Assembly: GCA_010093705.1 (NCBI GenBank)
Contig: MU006104.1
Location: 248,001-312,000 of the forward strand
Direction: 5' to 3'
Source of the DNA: Patellaria atrata CBS 101060
Taxonomy: Eukaryota
Length of the DNA stretch: 64,000 nucleotides
Below are positions 1-11,358 of the stretch, piece after piece (the first letter of the stretch is position 1; the number at the start of each line of letters is the position of its first letter). Both the position numbers and the translations under genes were made by a program. The notes beneath the pieces are model-generated. The model saw nothing but the letters and a program-made list of their open reading frames with translations. It was not told where the DNA came from and made no database searches.

Positions 1-1410
1 AGCGGGGGACGGAGTGGCTTCTTCTAGAATGAAAGAGCCCGTAGTGCTGGGAAGTGTGTGGAAATTTGTTTCGGGATTGGGAGTTTCGACTGAAAGAGTG
101 ACAGTTTCGGCGCTCGCTATATTTTCATCGTCTCCCTCTGCGAGCGCATCTTCCATGAATGCTTCCAAGTCAACTTCCCCTTCATCATCCACCTCACCTT
201 CTGCGTCTGCCATACTGAAATCGCCGTCATCATATTCCCCTTCTGCATCTTCCTCGTGCACAGACTCCTCATTCTCACGATGTTTATCAATAATGGTAAA
301 GGTTGTTGTGCCGTTAGATTGTGCGGCATTCTCATCTAGTTCTAAGAGGCGCTCGACTTCGTTTTCGACGGCCTCAATAGTACGAAAGCTGACTCGCTTG
401 CGGAAACGACGTTTGCGAACGAAGCGCATCGGCGGTGTAAGACCGTGCGGGTACTGATACGTTTCACGGTCGATTTCCCTCGGAAGCTCCTTAGTCATCA
501 CATCACTTTCCTGGTTTACACGACCAATGACCAGTAGCATCTGGCAGATATCTGTTGTCTTCCACCACCCTCTCCTATCCCAGCTCTTCATACCTTCAAT
601 AACGCAAGGCAAGTCCACAAGACAAGCAGCATACACGTTTCCTCGAACATGGATTGCAACGCGACGGCCCTCACGGTCGTAGAATCGCATAGATATATCA
701 GCCCCACCTTCTCTCGCGGGGATACCAATCTTCTTGTCTGCGATAGCTTGTCTTATATAATCGCAATCATCACCCGGCTCCATACGCAAGATGAATGCAC
801 TTTCAATTGCGGGGTCATCCTCGACATCCTCCGCTTCACTGTCGTAGCCTACGCCCAAAGGCCGTACCGGTGGTGCACCCGTCCGCTTGATTTTGATGAT
901 CTTAGGAATCTTCTCCTTCGGATTCCTAACCTTGAGAACTACCGACCGATTCCGCGGCGGTAGAGTTGAATCAGGTGCGACCGTAATCTCCTCTCCCACG
1001 TTTAATGATGTGGGTGACTCTACCGTTATGGCTTGTCGCTTCGCTGATATACTTCCATCGGCGTCTTCGCGGGCACGTTTCTTCGACTGTTTTTTCTCTT
1101 TGGGTGGTGGGGCCTCGCCCGACTCAATTTGTTTAAGCTTGTCTGCCTTCTTTGTGTACTTTCGCTTCTCCTTCTTCGCTGGTGTCGCCCCCTCGAGGAT
1201 AGGTTGAGCTTGCTCAACCGTTGGTGTAGCTGTGGTTTTTAGTTTGAGCCGAATGCCCCCGCCTGGTGTCTGGACTGCATTTGCTAATTGTGGTTCGGAT
1301 GCTGACGCTCCCGCCACTCCAGCGTTGGTTTTGATTTTGAGCTTCAACATTGGTGGATTCATCTTAGGTAAATTCGGAGGAGGATCTGAAGATTGGTTCG
1401 GAGTAGACAT
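1..1410 (-). CDS. TAF7: TFIID subunit TAF7 (TAFII55 N-terminal domain), 3'-truncated by the window edge
   Basis: Hand-translated frame from ATG at 1410 (MSTPNQSSDPPP...) stays open to position 1 and is absent from the ORF track. It contains GYDSEAEDVEDDPAIESAFILRM, ACLVDLPCVIEGMKSWDRRGWWKTTDICQMLLV and YPHGLTPPMRFVRKRRFRKR, typical of TAF7/Ptr6, followed by an acidic region. Confidence 0.93.
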   Translation of the reverse strand, partial: MSTPNQSSDPPPNLPKMNPPMLKLKIKTNAGVAGASASEPQLANAVQTPGGGIRLKLKTTATPTVEQAQPILEGATPAKKEKRKYTKKADKLKQIESGEAPPPKEKKQSKKRAREDADGSISAKRQAITVESPTSLNVGEEITVAPDSTLPPRNRSVVLKVRNPKEKIPKIIKIKRTGAPPVRPLGVGYDSEAEDVEDDPAIESAFILRMEPGDDCDYIRQAIADKKIGIPAREGGADISMRFYDREGRRVAIHVRGNVYAACLVDLPCVIEGMKSWDRRGWWKTTDICQMLLVIGRVNQESDVMTKELPREIDRETYQYPHGLTPPMRFVRKRRFRKRVSFRTIEAVENEVERLLELDENAAQSNGTTTFTIIDKHRENEESVHEEDAEGEYDDGDFSMADAEGEVDDEGEVDLEAFMEDALAEGDDENIASAETVTLSVETPNPETNFHTLPSTTGSFILEEATPSPA

Positions 1411-1806
1411 GGTTGAGAGCGCGAAAGGAAAGGAGTGTTGTTTTCTGAGATGGAAAGCGCGCTAGATAACGATATGATATCTGCTCTGAACGTAGGATAT
1501 GGTGATTTGGGAATTTCGTAGGCGCAAGGAAAGAGAGGTAGTCGTGAAGCAACGCGGAAGTTTCCGCTCCGAGGAATGTCAGTCACCTTGTCACCAAGCT
1601 CCACGTCCAAGCACAATCACTTTTGAGAAATTGAGCTTCACAGCAACGTCAATCAAATTCTGATTGGCAGTTCTATCTTTCCCTGAAAACGATGCCTCGA
1701 CCCAAAGAACCGCAGACACGTTAATCTCTCTTGTCCACCATCCAAGTTCTACGAATCGAACCAGGACCTCGGGATAATAATCATAAAGCATCTCAGAAGC
1801 TTCACC
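1411..1806. promoter_or_regulatory. Bidirectional promoter region shared by TAF7 and the TAF3-like gene
   Basis: 396 bp between divergent ATGs (1410 minus, 1807 plus). Contains the near-palindrome GCGGAA-GT-TTCCGC at 1554-1567. Confidence 0.6.
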
Positions 1807-2664
1807 ATGTCGACAGACGCCTCCGCGCATCTCCTGCACATAGCTCTCCTCCGACCCGCCATCCTTCACATTCTACGTGCCGCCGGCTTCCACGCATGTC
1901 GGCCTTCCGTCCTCGACACGCTTACTGATATCGCCGCACGCTACCTATTGCTGCTGGGGAGCACGACTGCGCAGCACGCGCTAAACAACCACAACACGGA
2001 TGAACCGACAGTGACAGATGTGCGCATGGCTTTGCAGGACTGCGCGCTCTTCACGTCCGGGCTGACGGCGAGCGAGGAAGCATGGCGGGAGGTTATGCGA
2101 CGGCCGTTGAGCACGTATAAAGAAGGTCTGGCGCGGATGAAGGAAGCGGAGCGCCGCATGAGAGAGGATACAGCCGATGTAAGGGAATTTGTGGATTGGG
2201 TGAGGGGAGATGCGAATAGAGAGATCATGCGGATTGCTGGCTTGGTTGGCGAGGGAGAAGGACCCACGGAGGATTACCTTACCAGTATGTTTCTTATGTA
2301 TTTTGCGATTTATGGGAGAAGATGTTTTCTTCGAAACTATGCTAATATCTCATGGTTAGTGCTGAAGAAGAAACATTCGAAGACGGGAGAAGAGTCCAGG
2401 TACCAAGGTACGGTACTCGGAAAGCCAGCAGATGACAAACTGGTCCATATAGAAGGGGATCAAAATGCTAAATCGATCCACGAATGGGTAAATTGGATCA
2501 AAGAAAGGGCTGAGTCACCCCCGGAAAACGGCGAAGTTACTGAAGAGGGTAACGAAGAGCAGGACCCAGAGAGCATGACAATCACCAGCGAAACTTTAGA
2601 CCATGATGCGGACGCCAACGCAGAGGTAGAAAGGGATGTAGACGCGGACGCGATGCGAAATTAG
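1807..2664 (+). CDS. TAF3: Bromodomain-associated (histone-fold) domain protein, probable TFIID subunit TAF3; 2 exons
   Basis: N-terminal LRPAILHILRAAGFHACRPSVLDTLTDIAARYL...PTVTDVRMAL is a Bromo_TP-type histone fold. A 75-nt in-frame intron at 2285-2359 (GTATGT...GCTAAT...TAG) joins DYLT-M-LKKKHSKTGEESRYQG. TAF3 versus another Bromo_TP paralogue is inferred. Confidence 0.75.
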   Translation: MSTDASAHLLHIALLRPAILHILRAAGFHACRPSVLDTLTDIAARYLLLLGSTTAQHALNNHNTDEPTVTDVRMALQDCALFTSGLTASEEAWREVMRRPLSTYKEGLARMKEAERRMREDTADVREFVDWVRGDANREIMRIAGLVGEGEGPTEDYLTSMFLMYFAIYGRRCFLRNYANISWLVLKKKHSKTGEESRYQGTVLGKPADDKLVHIEGDQNAKSIHEWVNWIKERAESPPENGEVTEEGNEEQDPESMTITSETLDHDADANAEVERDVDADAMRN

Positions 2665-3147
2665 GGTTCTGGGATCTATACGAGTGTTTACGTTTTGGCT
2701 TCTGCATAGCGTGGGAGTTTGGTGAATTGGTATGGTCACTTAGAGCAACATGCTTGAGACTGGGCAGTGTACGGAGTACGGAAAAGACGCGCATGTCTTA
2801 CACCAGCTATATCCATTCATGTTGAGTAAGAAAATGGTTTGTCTAGAGTTGATGACTGCTTACGCCATCATATACTTTTGAAGATACTCTACTGGACGGT
2901 TGTGATTATCACAGCATAATTTACGCCTCGAATCCTTTAGGAGATAACCGTGTAGTTGTACTGTACATACGGAAAACAGCATGCGCTTGAGATTGCAGAC
3001 CGAAAATTCACAATACTAGTATCCAGATTGTATAAACGCGCAACTTTTATTGAGCACCTGAAGCTATCTCGCCGCTCTATATTTAATATACAAACACACT
3101 CGGTTGAAGGAATTCAATACGTAGGAACGCTTTAAGGGTCTTATAAT

Positions 3148-6100
3148 TTACTTCTTCTCCTCCAACTTCAACTGCTCGAACTGTTCAATACTCTGCTCGT
3201 AATTCCGTTGCTCCGCCAGGAACTCCGTTAGCCTCTGTTTCTCAACCTCAATGACGGCATCACCGGCTTTGTCCGCCAATTCATCAAGTAATTTCCTCTG
3301 CTTGACAGCACTGTCTGCTGCTTTCTTCATCTTACCCTGTGCCTTTTTGATCTCTGTCTCAATGTCAATGCGGCCCTTCACTTCAAGGTACGCTGCGGCA
3401 CTAGAGGAGACATTAAAGACCGCGCAACCCGTTGGTGTGCTTTCATCCTTAGAAAGTACTTTGATGGTGACCGCTCCTTTTCCAGGTGCCTTAGAAAGGG
3501 ACTGGATGGATTGTACCTCACGATTCGCTGTCTCAAAGCTTGTATCATCAAAAGTTTTTACAAAAGCTATAGGTCCGTTAAATCTATAATCTATATGCTT
3601 GTAAATATGCTTACCTTTGCCCTCATCCTTGTTTCCGTACTCGGCAATTAGGGATCTAATTCCTTTGGAGCATCCTAGAATAAGCTCATATGCCGCCTCG
3701 GATGTCGGGTCCTCTAGCTCCAGGTCATACTGTGGATATGTCGCTACCATGATCGAAGGTGTTGAATCACCCGGTCTACGTGGTAGCCGTTGCCAAAGTT
3801 CTTCTGACAAGAAAGGCATGAATGGGTGGATGAGTAAAAGAGCACCTTCGAGTGCAGTGTACAGAGTGTCGACGGCGGATCTCTTTTCCTCCTTTGTCCC
3901 ATTCTGGATGATTGCTTTCGAGTTTTCGATATAAACATCGCAAAGCTCATCGTACCAATACCTATAGGCCGTCTGTGTCGACCTAGAGAATTCTCGTGCA
4001 GTAAGTGCCTTGTTGATGTCTCTCGTTGCGATATTAAGCTTATGCAGGATCCACCGCTCAGGAAGCGACTCTTTGCCCGTTTTTCCGCCTTTTCCTTGGG
4101 GAGTAAAATCCGCAGCTAAGTTACCAAGCACATACTTGGTAGCCTGGTAGATCTTGTTACAAAATCGTCGGTAAGCGTGCATTGTCTTGATATCAAAGGC
4201 TATATCTCCGCCACCTGTGGTGTAATTGACTAAGGAAAACCTCAGGGCATCTGCACCGCATTCAGGTATCCCCTGGGGGAATGCAGTCTTTTGGTACTTC
4301 GTTGCATTAGCGACTTCTTTACTGTCCATATTTCCTTCTAAGAGTTTCTGGTGCAAACTCTCAAGTTGAATACCCTCCATCACATCGATAGGATCTATCA
4401 CGTTCCCTAAAGACTTTGACATCTTTCGGTTTTCTGAGTCTCGCACGAGAGAGTGACAGTATACCTCGGTAAAAGGAGGTTTACCAGTCAGTTTTAAACT
4501 GAGCATGATCCTATAGGATATTAGTTATGGCTCGAGGTATACCTTAAAACAGGAGACTTGGGATTCCTTTGAAGAATCGCTAAGTATAGACTCACATTCT
4601 TGCTACCCAGAAAAACAGGATATCCCAACCGGTTTCAAGAACAGAGGCTATAGATACATTAACCCATGTTGCTCTTTAGCTGAGATATTAAGCCAAAGTT
4701 TAAGTGAAAGCCCTTGCTTTCAGCGCTCTATTATGAGCATGCTACGTATGATATAATACTTTAGACTCTTAGTGAACTGCTTAAACTTACTTGGAAAGAA
4801 TTTTTTGAAATCATGAGTTTCACTCGGCCATCCCAAAGTGCTAAAGGGCCACAGACCGGATGAAAACCACGTGTCGAGACAGTCTGAAATTAATTAGTCT
4901 ATCGAAAAGTATTAATGTCTGGCCAACCGTACCTGGGTCACGCTCGAGCGTAAAATTCTTCCCGGGGAACTTCTGGGCAGCTTTTTCATGAGCTTCTTCT
5001 TCACTCTTTGCAGTGATCCAGTACTCATTGTCAGCATCATCCAGAGCAACACCTTCCACTTTGACGAAATATGCTGGAATTTGATGACCCCACCACAATT
5101 GACGGGAAAGGCACCAGTCCTGGATAGTCTCCATCCACCTAAAATAGTCTTTTTCAGATTGTTCTGGTCGAATCTTTATGGACCCATCTCGCACAGCCTT
5201 CATTGCCGCATCTGCAAGTTCTGGCATCCTCATCCACCACTGTGGTTTTAAGCGTGGTTCTATAACATCTTTCGTTCGGGAGCAGATGGGGATCTTCATT
5301 GGATTATCCTCCTTCTTTACAAACAGTCCGAGATCGGTAAGCTCCTTTGTAAGGGTATAGCGAACGTCAAAGCGCTTCTGACCTTCAAATTTCCCTCCGT
5401 TCTTGTTTATGAAGCCGTCATCAGTAAAGATATTAATAAATTCGAGATTATGTTTCTTTCCGAGAGCAAAGTCATTAGGATCATGGGCTGGTGTAATCTT
5501 GACACACCCTGTCCCAAACTCCGGATCGACATATTCGTCGGCAAAGATGGGGAGCAAACGATCTAAGAACGGATGGTGGGCGAACTTTCCGATGAGATGC
5601 TGGTATCTCTTATCCGTAGGATGAACAGCGATTCCAGAATCACCTAACCTAAAAATAAACTTAGTCTCTAAGATCAAAGAAACCCGATATAGAAATGTCT
5701 TACATTGTTTCCACTCTGGTAGTGGCAACTTCAATGGTTTCTTCAGATCCGTCAATTGGATACTTAAAGTGCGTTAAGATTCCGAATTCCACTTTTCTTT
5801 CATACCCAGGTACATCTAGTAATGTCCGTCCCTTCAGCTCTTTCTCGTCGACCTCGAGATTCGAGATACTAGTGCTAAGTTGAGTACACCAATTCACGAG
5901 CTTATTTGCCCGGTAAATATATCCTTCCTCATGTAACTGAATAAATGTCTGCATAACTGCCTTCGATAGATTCTCGTCCATTGTAAATGCTTCCCTAGTC
6001 CAATCGAAGGAGCCGCCCATCCGCTTGAGCGAATTCGTGATCCTTGCATGGTATTCCCCCTTCCACTCTTGGACACGTTGTATGAAGGCAGATCTTCCTA

Positions 6101-6812
6101 AATCATGTCTGGTTTTTCCCTCCCTCTTAAGCCGCTTTTCTACAACGGTCTGTGTTGCGATTCCTGCATGATCACAACCCGGAACGAAGAGTGTGGTGAG
6201 ACCTTTCATTCTGTTCCACCTAATTAGGGTATCTTGGAGCGTTGTGGCCAACGCATGTCCTATATGGAGGGAACCAGTGACGTTCGGAGGAGGGATTGGT
6301 ATAACGAAATAGCCAGATTCCTTTACCTCGCCGTTGGGCGCGAACTCGGGTTTGAAGAAACCCTCAGCTTCCCACCAGTCGTACCAAGCAGACTCCACAA
6401 CCTTTGGATTATATGCCTTATTGTATGGGTCATCCAATGATTTCAGAATCTTTTTCTGTCCCTTAGGTGTTTCATCCTTGTACTCAGGGAGCACCTCTTC
6501 CTTTGACTCTACCTTTTTTTTCTCTTTCTTAGAAGGTGCAGCAGCCGTCTTCTGCATTTTAGCTTGTTTCTCGGCAAACCTTTTTGCCTTTTCCGCTTTT
6601 TGTCTCTCCTTCTCTAATTCCTTTTCACTCTTCACTTTCTTCCCCTCATTTTTGTCCCCACCATCACGGCCAGGAGCATTTTGACCCATTGGATCACATT
6701 CCGAGGAGCCAATAAGTGCGGAGGTCGTTTCGTTTGAAAGTGAGGGAGGTTGTCCAGTCACGGGCCCTGTAGGCTCGCCGGTAAGATTGTGGGATGCTGC
6801 GTTGTACGCCAT
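3148..6812 (-). CDS. VAS1: Valyl-tRNA synthetase; cytosolic start at 6812 with a probable upstream mitochondrial extension; 6 exons
   Basis: [13 protein letters not shown] (HIGH), [53 protein letters not shown] and KMSKS motifs. Introns at 5649-5703, ~4884-4932, ~4648-4790, ~4511-4595 and 3567-3614 restore the frame. Confidence 0.97.
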
Positions 6813-7507
6813 TTTTGTAATTCGTGATGATGCAGGTACGAAGGTTGCGGGGGAGAATGGTCTGAGAGGAAGCGAAGAAAAGCGCGCACGAAGCGCCTGG
6901 GATAGTATTTTGAGACAACCCCGCAATGGTGGGGTTAAAGTATTATAATAACAGTTCAGGATATTGCAAAAGTGAAAAGGGAAAGAATATGGATAACTCA
7001 GAAAATGAGTGTTTACTATCTGGATGGAAGCTCTGATTAACACTACTTGAGTCATGGCTAATGTTCGGAAAATCGAGTCACCGACACCGAAAACTGAGCA
7101 CTGGCCAGTCTCTACTCTGTATGGGGTCGGTTATCATTTTTACAATATCAACAAGTACAGCGATAAGTGCTGTTGCTCTATCCCAGCGAGCCCCATTCAC
7201 CATATATGCAAGTGAAGTCACAATACTTCCTTTCCCTCGTTCATGCTAACGTTCCTAATGTGCGGAAGCTCGATTGCATGTCCCTACTCGTCTGATATAC
7301 TGTGACTGGTCTTCGTTTGAGCTCTATGTGGATTGCCCAACGCCATGTTATAGATCGCGTCGAACACGCAGATACTCTATAACTATACGACTCGGCAAAT
7401 CGATCCGTGCTTCACTGCAGATTAGGCCGATAATCCTACTGGTTGTAGGAGTGTCCCTCGGGATTTGTTGAACTGCAAGCTGATATGCTGCGGCAAGACC
7501 AAATATC

Positions 7508-8355
7508 TCATTCCCGTGCACCTTTTGTGTTTCCATCGAACTTTTGAGTGATGGGCGCGGCGGTCTTACCTCGACTTGGGTCAGAGGCCATGACCTGGAA
7601 CCCTCCCGAAGCCTCGCTTTTGATCTTATTTTTCGTTGGATCATTCGGCGCATCGAGATTCTGTTTCTCATCTGCCAACACTCTTCTCCTTAGGGAGCAT
7701 TCGAATTTTTCTCTTTCAGCAAGTCCCACGCTTGCCAGTCCATCATCATCCCGATCGTAATAGATTGCCCATTCTCCGTCAGGCTCTTGAACGGCAAGGA
7801 ACCCTTCCCAGTCTTCCAGTGTAACGTGCACTTCATCTTCCTCCCAATCCCATGGTCCAACAACATGTGGTTTACTTGCGGTGCGATTACCGTATCGAAG
7901 CTCGTGTGTTTCATTATCACAATATATCCAGTTAAGCATCGGTGGGTCGACGGATATCGTGCTAACAAGTCCACGCTCGGGAGGATCTCGTTCCTCGTCT
8001 GGGTAAAGAATATAAAAGCCAGTGAAGGGATGAGGTCCAGGAGAACCGTCCTCACAAGGTAACGGTTCAAGAGTTGTAGGGTCTTTTGGATGAAGATATA
8101 CCTAGAGACAAAATTAGCGAGGGAAAACACCCGAACTTGGAAGGTGAATACTTTGTTATTTTTGACCACGACTATTCTACCATTCAATCTTTTGGCCGAA
8201 TTCGAGTCGGAGTCGCAATAGACATCCATATGAAACTTTCGCATACGCGACTCGTCTGAAGCCAGCTGCTCATTTTGCTTCTGTTGGTGGCTAACTCCTT
8301 CCGCAATACCAGTGACGGTGGGGATAGCCGCAATAACAAGGAGACCGATTACCAT
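7508..8355 (-). CDS. Conserved fungal hypothetical protein; 2 exons
   Basis: MVIGLLVIAAIPTVTGIAEG N-terminus. Intron 8102-8151 (GTATTC...CTAAT...TAG) joins KNNK to VYLHPKDP...HPFTGFYILYPD...LNWIYCDNETHELRYGNR...HVVGPWDW...WEGFLAVQE, a family seen in Pezizomycotina. Confidence 0.8.
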
Positions 8356-8548
8356 TGCTCGAGAATACCAAAAATACGTTTTTTCATTATCACCAAGATC
8401 AGACTGTAAGAATGTGATGACGTTGGCCAGGAGTTGAGGTCTAACCCCGCTAACCCGTGATTGGTTGAAGATCTATGTACGCGGGTAGTAATTCTACCTT
8501 ACCGGTATATATATGGATTGTCCTCTCAAGGTATCTTCGTATTCGTTT

Positions 8549-9490
8549 CTACATCGCTTCCTCCTTCCAAGTCACCATCTCCTCCCTATTGGGATCCCAT
8601 TTGTAGACACCTCCAGCTCCAACATTATATTGGTAATAGTTCTCCGTACCATACTTAACAATAGCTTTTCTGAAAGTTATATTGATCCTGCCTTTCTCAG
8701 AACCTGTCCCTTTCCGTTTTGGAATGCTATGCAACCAGTTCGATTGCGTCGGCCCTCTCATCAGGATCATATCTCCTGATGCTAGCGAGAGTTTCAGCGG
8801 TTTAGTTGCTGACTGCGTCTCAAAACCAGATTTCGGTTTATGTTTCATTAGAAAATCACGTTTCGCACCAAGCGAGAACGATGCAATAGCTGGATTGGGG
8901 CCTAGGAACCGCTCGTCGTCCGAGTGATAAGATATGGAGTCATCACCAGAAGCATAATAGTTGATGAGACAGAAATTATATGTCTCGACCGTGGAACCTT
9001 CAGTAATCTTCCTGAGCAAGTCGAGGCATGCTGGGAGCGGTCTTGGTCGGCACTTATAACGATCCTTTGGTATCGGAGTTTTGGTCTTACTATCCATGAG
9101 AGATCCATCAGGAGCGAAATATGACGTTTCATCGACGCCAAAAACTGTCGTAAATCGAGGGGTGTTTATCTGGGTTTCCACGAGGCCTCGCTTTATCTTG
9201 TATTGAACGCGATAGAAGAACAGTTCTTGCCTCAAGAATTCAAAAAGCTCCCTCTCGATCCTCTTAGTGATATAGGGTTCGAAGTACAACAGATCAAGAT
9301 CTGGTTGCTCGTTGATTACTCTCCCTTCCCTCGCGGGACAGAAGCCCAACGAGTCCTTCAATGAAGGTGGAAATTGAGATACTGGGAACGGATATGTCGC
9401 GTGGGTTGATGCTTCTTCCGAAGATTCTACACGTGCTTTTTTCGGTTGTGTTGGCCGGAAAAATCCCTCGAGTGTTCTCTTTGTCGACAT
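8549..9490 (-). CDS. AlkB-family 2OG-Fe(II) dioxygenase (ALKBH2/3-like DNA dealkylase)
   Basis: Single exon from ATG 9490 (MSTKRTLEGFF). Contains YNFCLINYYASGDDSISYHSDDE (HxD), IASFSLGAKRDF, WLHSIPKR (distal His) and RINITFR (2OG-binding arginines). Confidence 0.92.
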   Translation of the reverse strand: MSTKRTLEGFFRPTQPKKARVESSEEASTHATYPFPVSQFPPSLKDSLGFCPAREGRVINEQPDLDLLYFEPYITKRIERELFEFLRQELFFYRVQYKIKRGLVETQINTPRFTTVFGVDETSYFAPDGSLMDSKTKTPIPKDRYKCRPRPLPACLDLLRKITEGSTVETYNFCLINYYASGDDSISYHSDDERFLGPNPAIASFSLGAKRDFLMKHKPKSGFETQSATKPLKLSLASGDMILMRGPTQSNWLHSIPKRKGTGSEKGRINITFRKAIVKYGTENYYQYNVGAGGVYKWDPNREEMVTWKEEAM

Positions 9491-11358
9491 ATTTAGTCGA
9501 TTCAAGGAAGAGATATTCTAAAGAGGAACACGCGCGTAGTTGTACAACCTTGGGGTTGACAAGACGCATTTTTGCGAACTTTAAAAATGGTACACGTCAT
9601 GCCAAGCCTTCGGCCTATTCTTCCTGTTCACATACTGTACATCCCATCCCGTCTGGTCAACGCTAGCGATAGTTGACTTACAACCGGTATAGCGAATTGA
9701 GTATATCTTACCGATTCAAAGGTTACTGCCATCTTCCATATCTTTTTTTCGGATTTTATGTTAGGAGATGACCTTCCCTCGAAAATCCCCAGGATCATGC
9801 AAATAAAAAAAATATGGGACCGGTTATATCTTAGGAAATCGATACTTATATCGATTAAGGTGAATCTTAGGTTCTTAAGGTCTACCGTCTCCTCCATATT
9901 CTTTTCTTATTACTCCACACAATTTTCTATGATTTTCTCTTCCTCTTTCTATTCCCTAGGGCTGTTGTTACTCGCACATAAATAAACTATCAAAGGGAGA
10001 ACGCATATCTCTCCATGGAAAAGGTAAAGTTGGTTACCATACTGTTATACTTGTATAAGTACTGCACAGTACCCTGAGAGTTTCCAGCAGGACATATCTG
10101 GTACTTACTGCAATACTCGGTTCAAGCTTCTTTGGGGAAGTCTGAAGTGGAACATAGAAGCTTTGTGACGGCGAATGTCATTCTATAAGTTCGATTATCT
10201 CAAGAAGACATACGCTTCTTTTCCGTCTTTCTCTCCTCCTTCTCTTGCCGTCGTACGCTTTGGTCGCTAAAGCCGTAAAATACTATGGTCATAAAACAAT
10301 CACATCAACTATTTGTTACGGTAGGAAGAGTCAAAACTGTAGTGAGTTGACGTACGTATATCGAGCGCACAGTGTCTTAGGGCTAAGCATTCATATAACT
10401 TCCTCCCCTTTGATCTCGCGGCTCTCTGTACGGAGCCACCTATGTAGATCTCCGAGGTAATTATATAGCGCATGGCCATCTTGTGACGCGTCAAACTTCA
10501 GGGTACGCTATCGTCTGTACAGCAGCTGTACACTCGCTCGGTACCGCCTGGCGGGTTGGAGGAGAAACGGTGGTCATTGGGTGATAGGCACGCCTGTACC
10601 TGTAAATCATTCGACTCAACAGCACATGTCGCGGCAATTTCACCAAGGGGTGTATTTTATAGATGAGCATCGTAACAGCGAAGGACCGAAAACCGAAGAA
10701 TATCCTCAAGATCCAGGTAGATGGGTTAACCCTATAGAGGAGAGATGACAATGCAATTCACTCGATATGTAATGCTGAACCCCTGCGTAAAATAGACAGT
10801 AGAACAAGAAACAGATTACAACTCGGGAGTTGAAGAAGTTGAGAAGGTATGTTTATACGTCGAACCCCTGCTCTCACCGAGTCAACACCGAAAATCCCAT
10901 CCCCTTCCCTAGCTTTCTCAGCAACGGAACCGGGACGTGCACAGCGGAAAACGCTATAAAATCAGGGGAGAAGAGCGAATGAATTTTAAACATCTCACAT
11001 ACGTAATCACTGTAGTCTCACTTGGACGCCGTAACAATGTCATGCAGCTATATTTCCCTCTTCTGGGGGTGTGAACTCGTCTGAGAAGCAAAATCAGCAT
11101 TCGATAAACCGAATAGGATTGGTTAGGAGTTGAAGCGTGGTCGAGTCGTTGACCCCCTCCTCTTGACGTTACACGGTTGGTCGTTGAACATATGCACCTC
11201 TTGTTTGCCTCTGAACTATATAGACCTTCGTGCATCGTGTTAAAATGCTCTCGTTTGCTACTTGTAACTTAGAACCGTCCTAAAATATAGACGCTGTCTT
11301 TAACCCCTAGCTACCCGGCAACAGGTGGGCCATAGTTCTAGGAATAAGAACCATTATA

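Noticed and set aside
14..1465. Plus-strand ORFs 14-457, 649-963, 887-1207 and 1232-1465
   Set aside because: Antisense shadows of TAF7. The same applies to most short ORFs overlapping other genes in the track.
4648..4790. Longer ValRS intron with ATAATA, a GCTGA/TCAGC stem and a late ACA, suggestive of an H/ACA snoRNA
   Set aside because: No convincing 5' hairpin, and the stem-to-ACA spacing is about 9 nt rather than the canonical 14-16.
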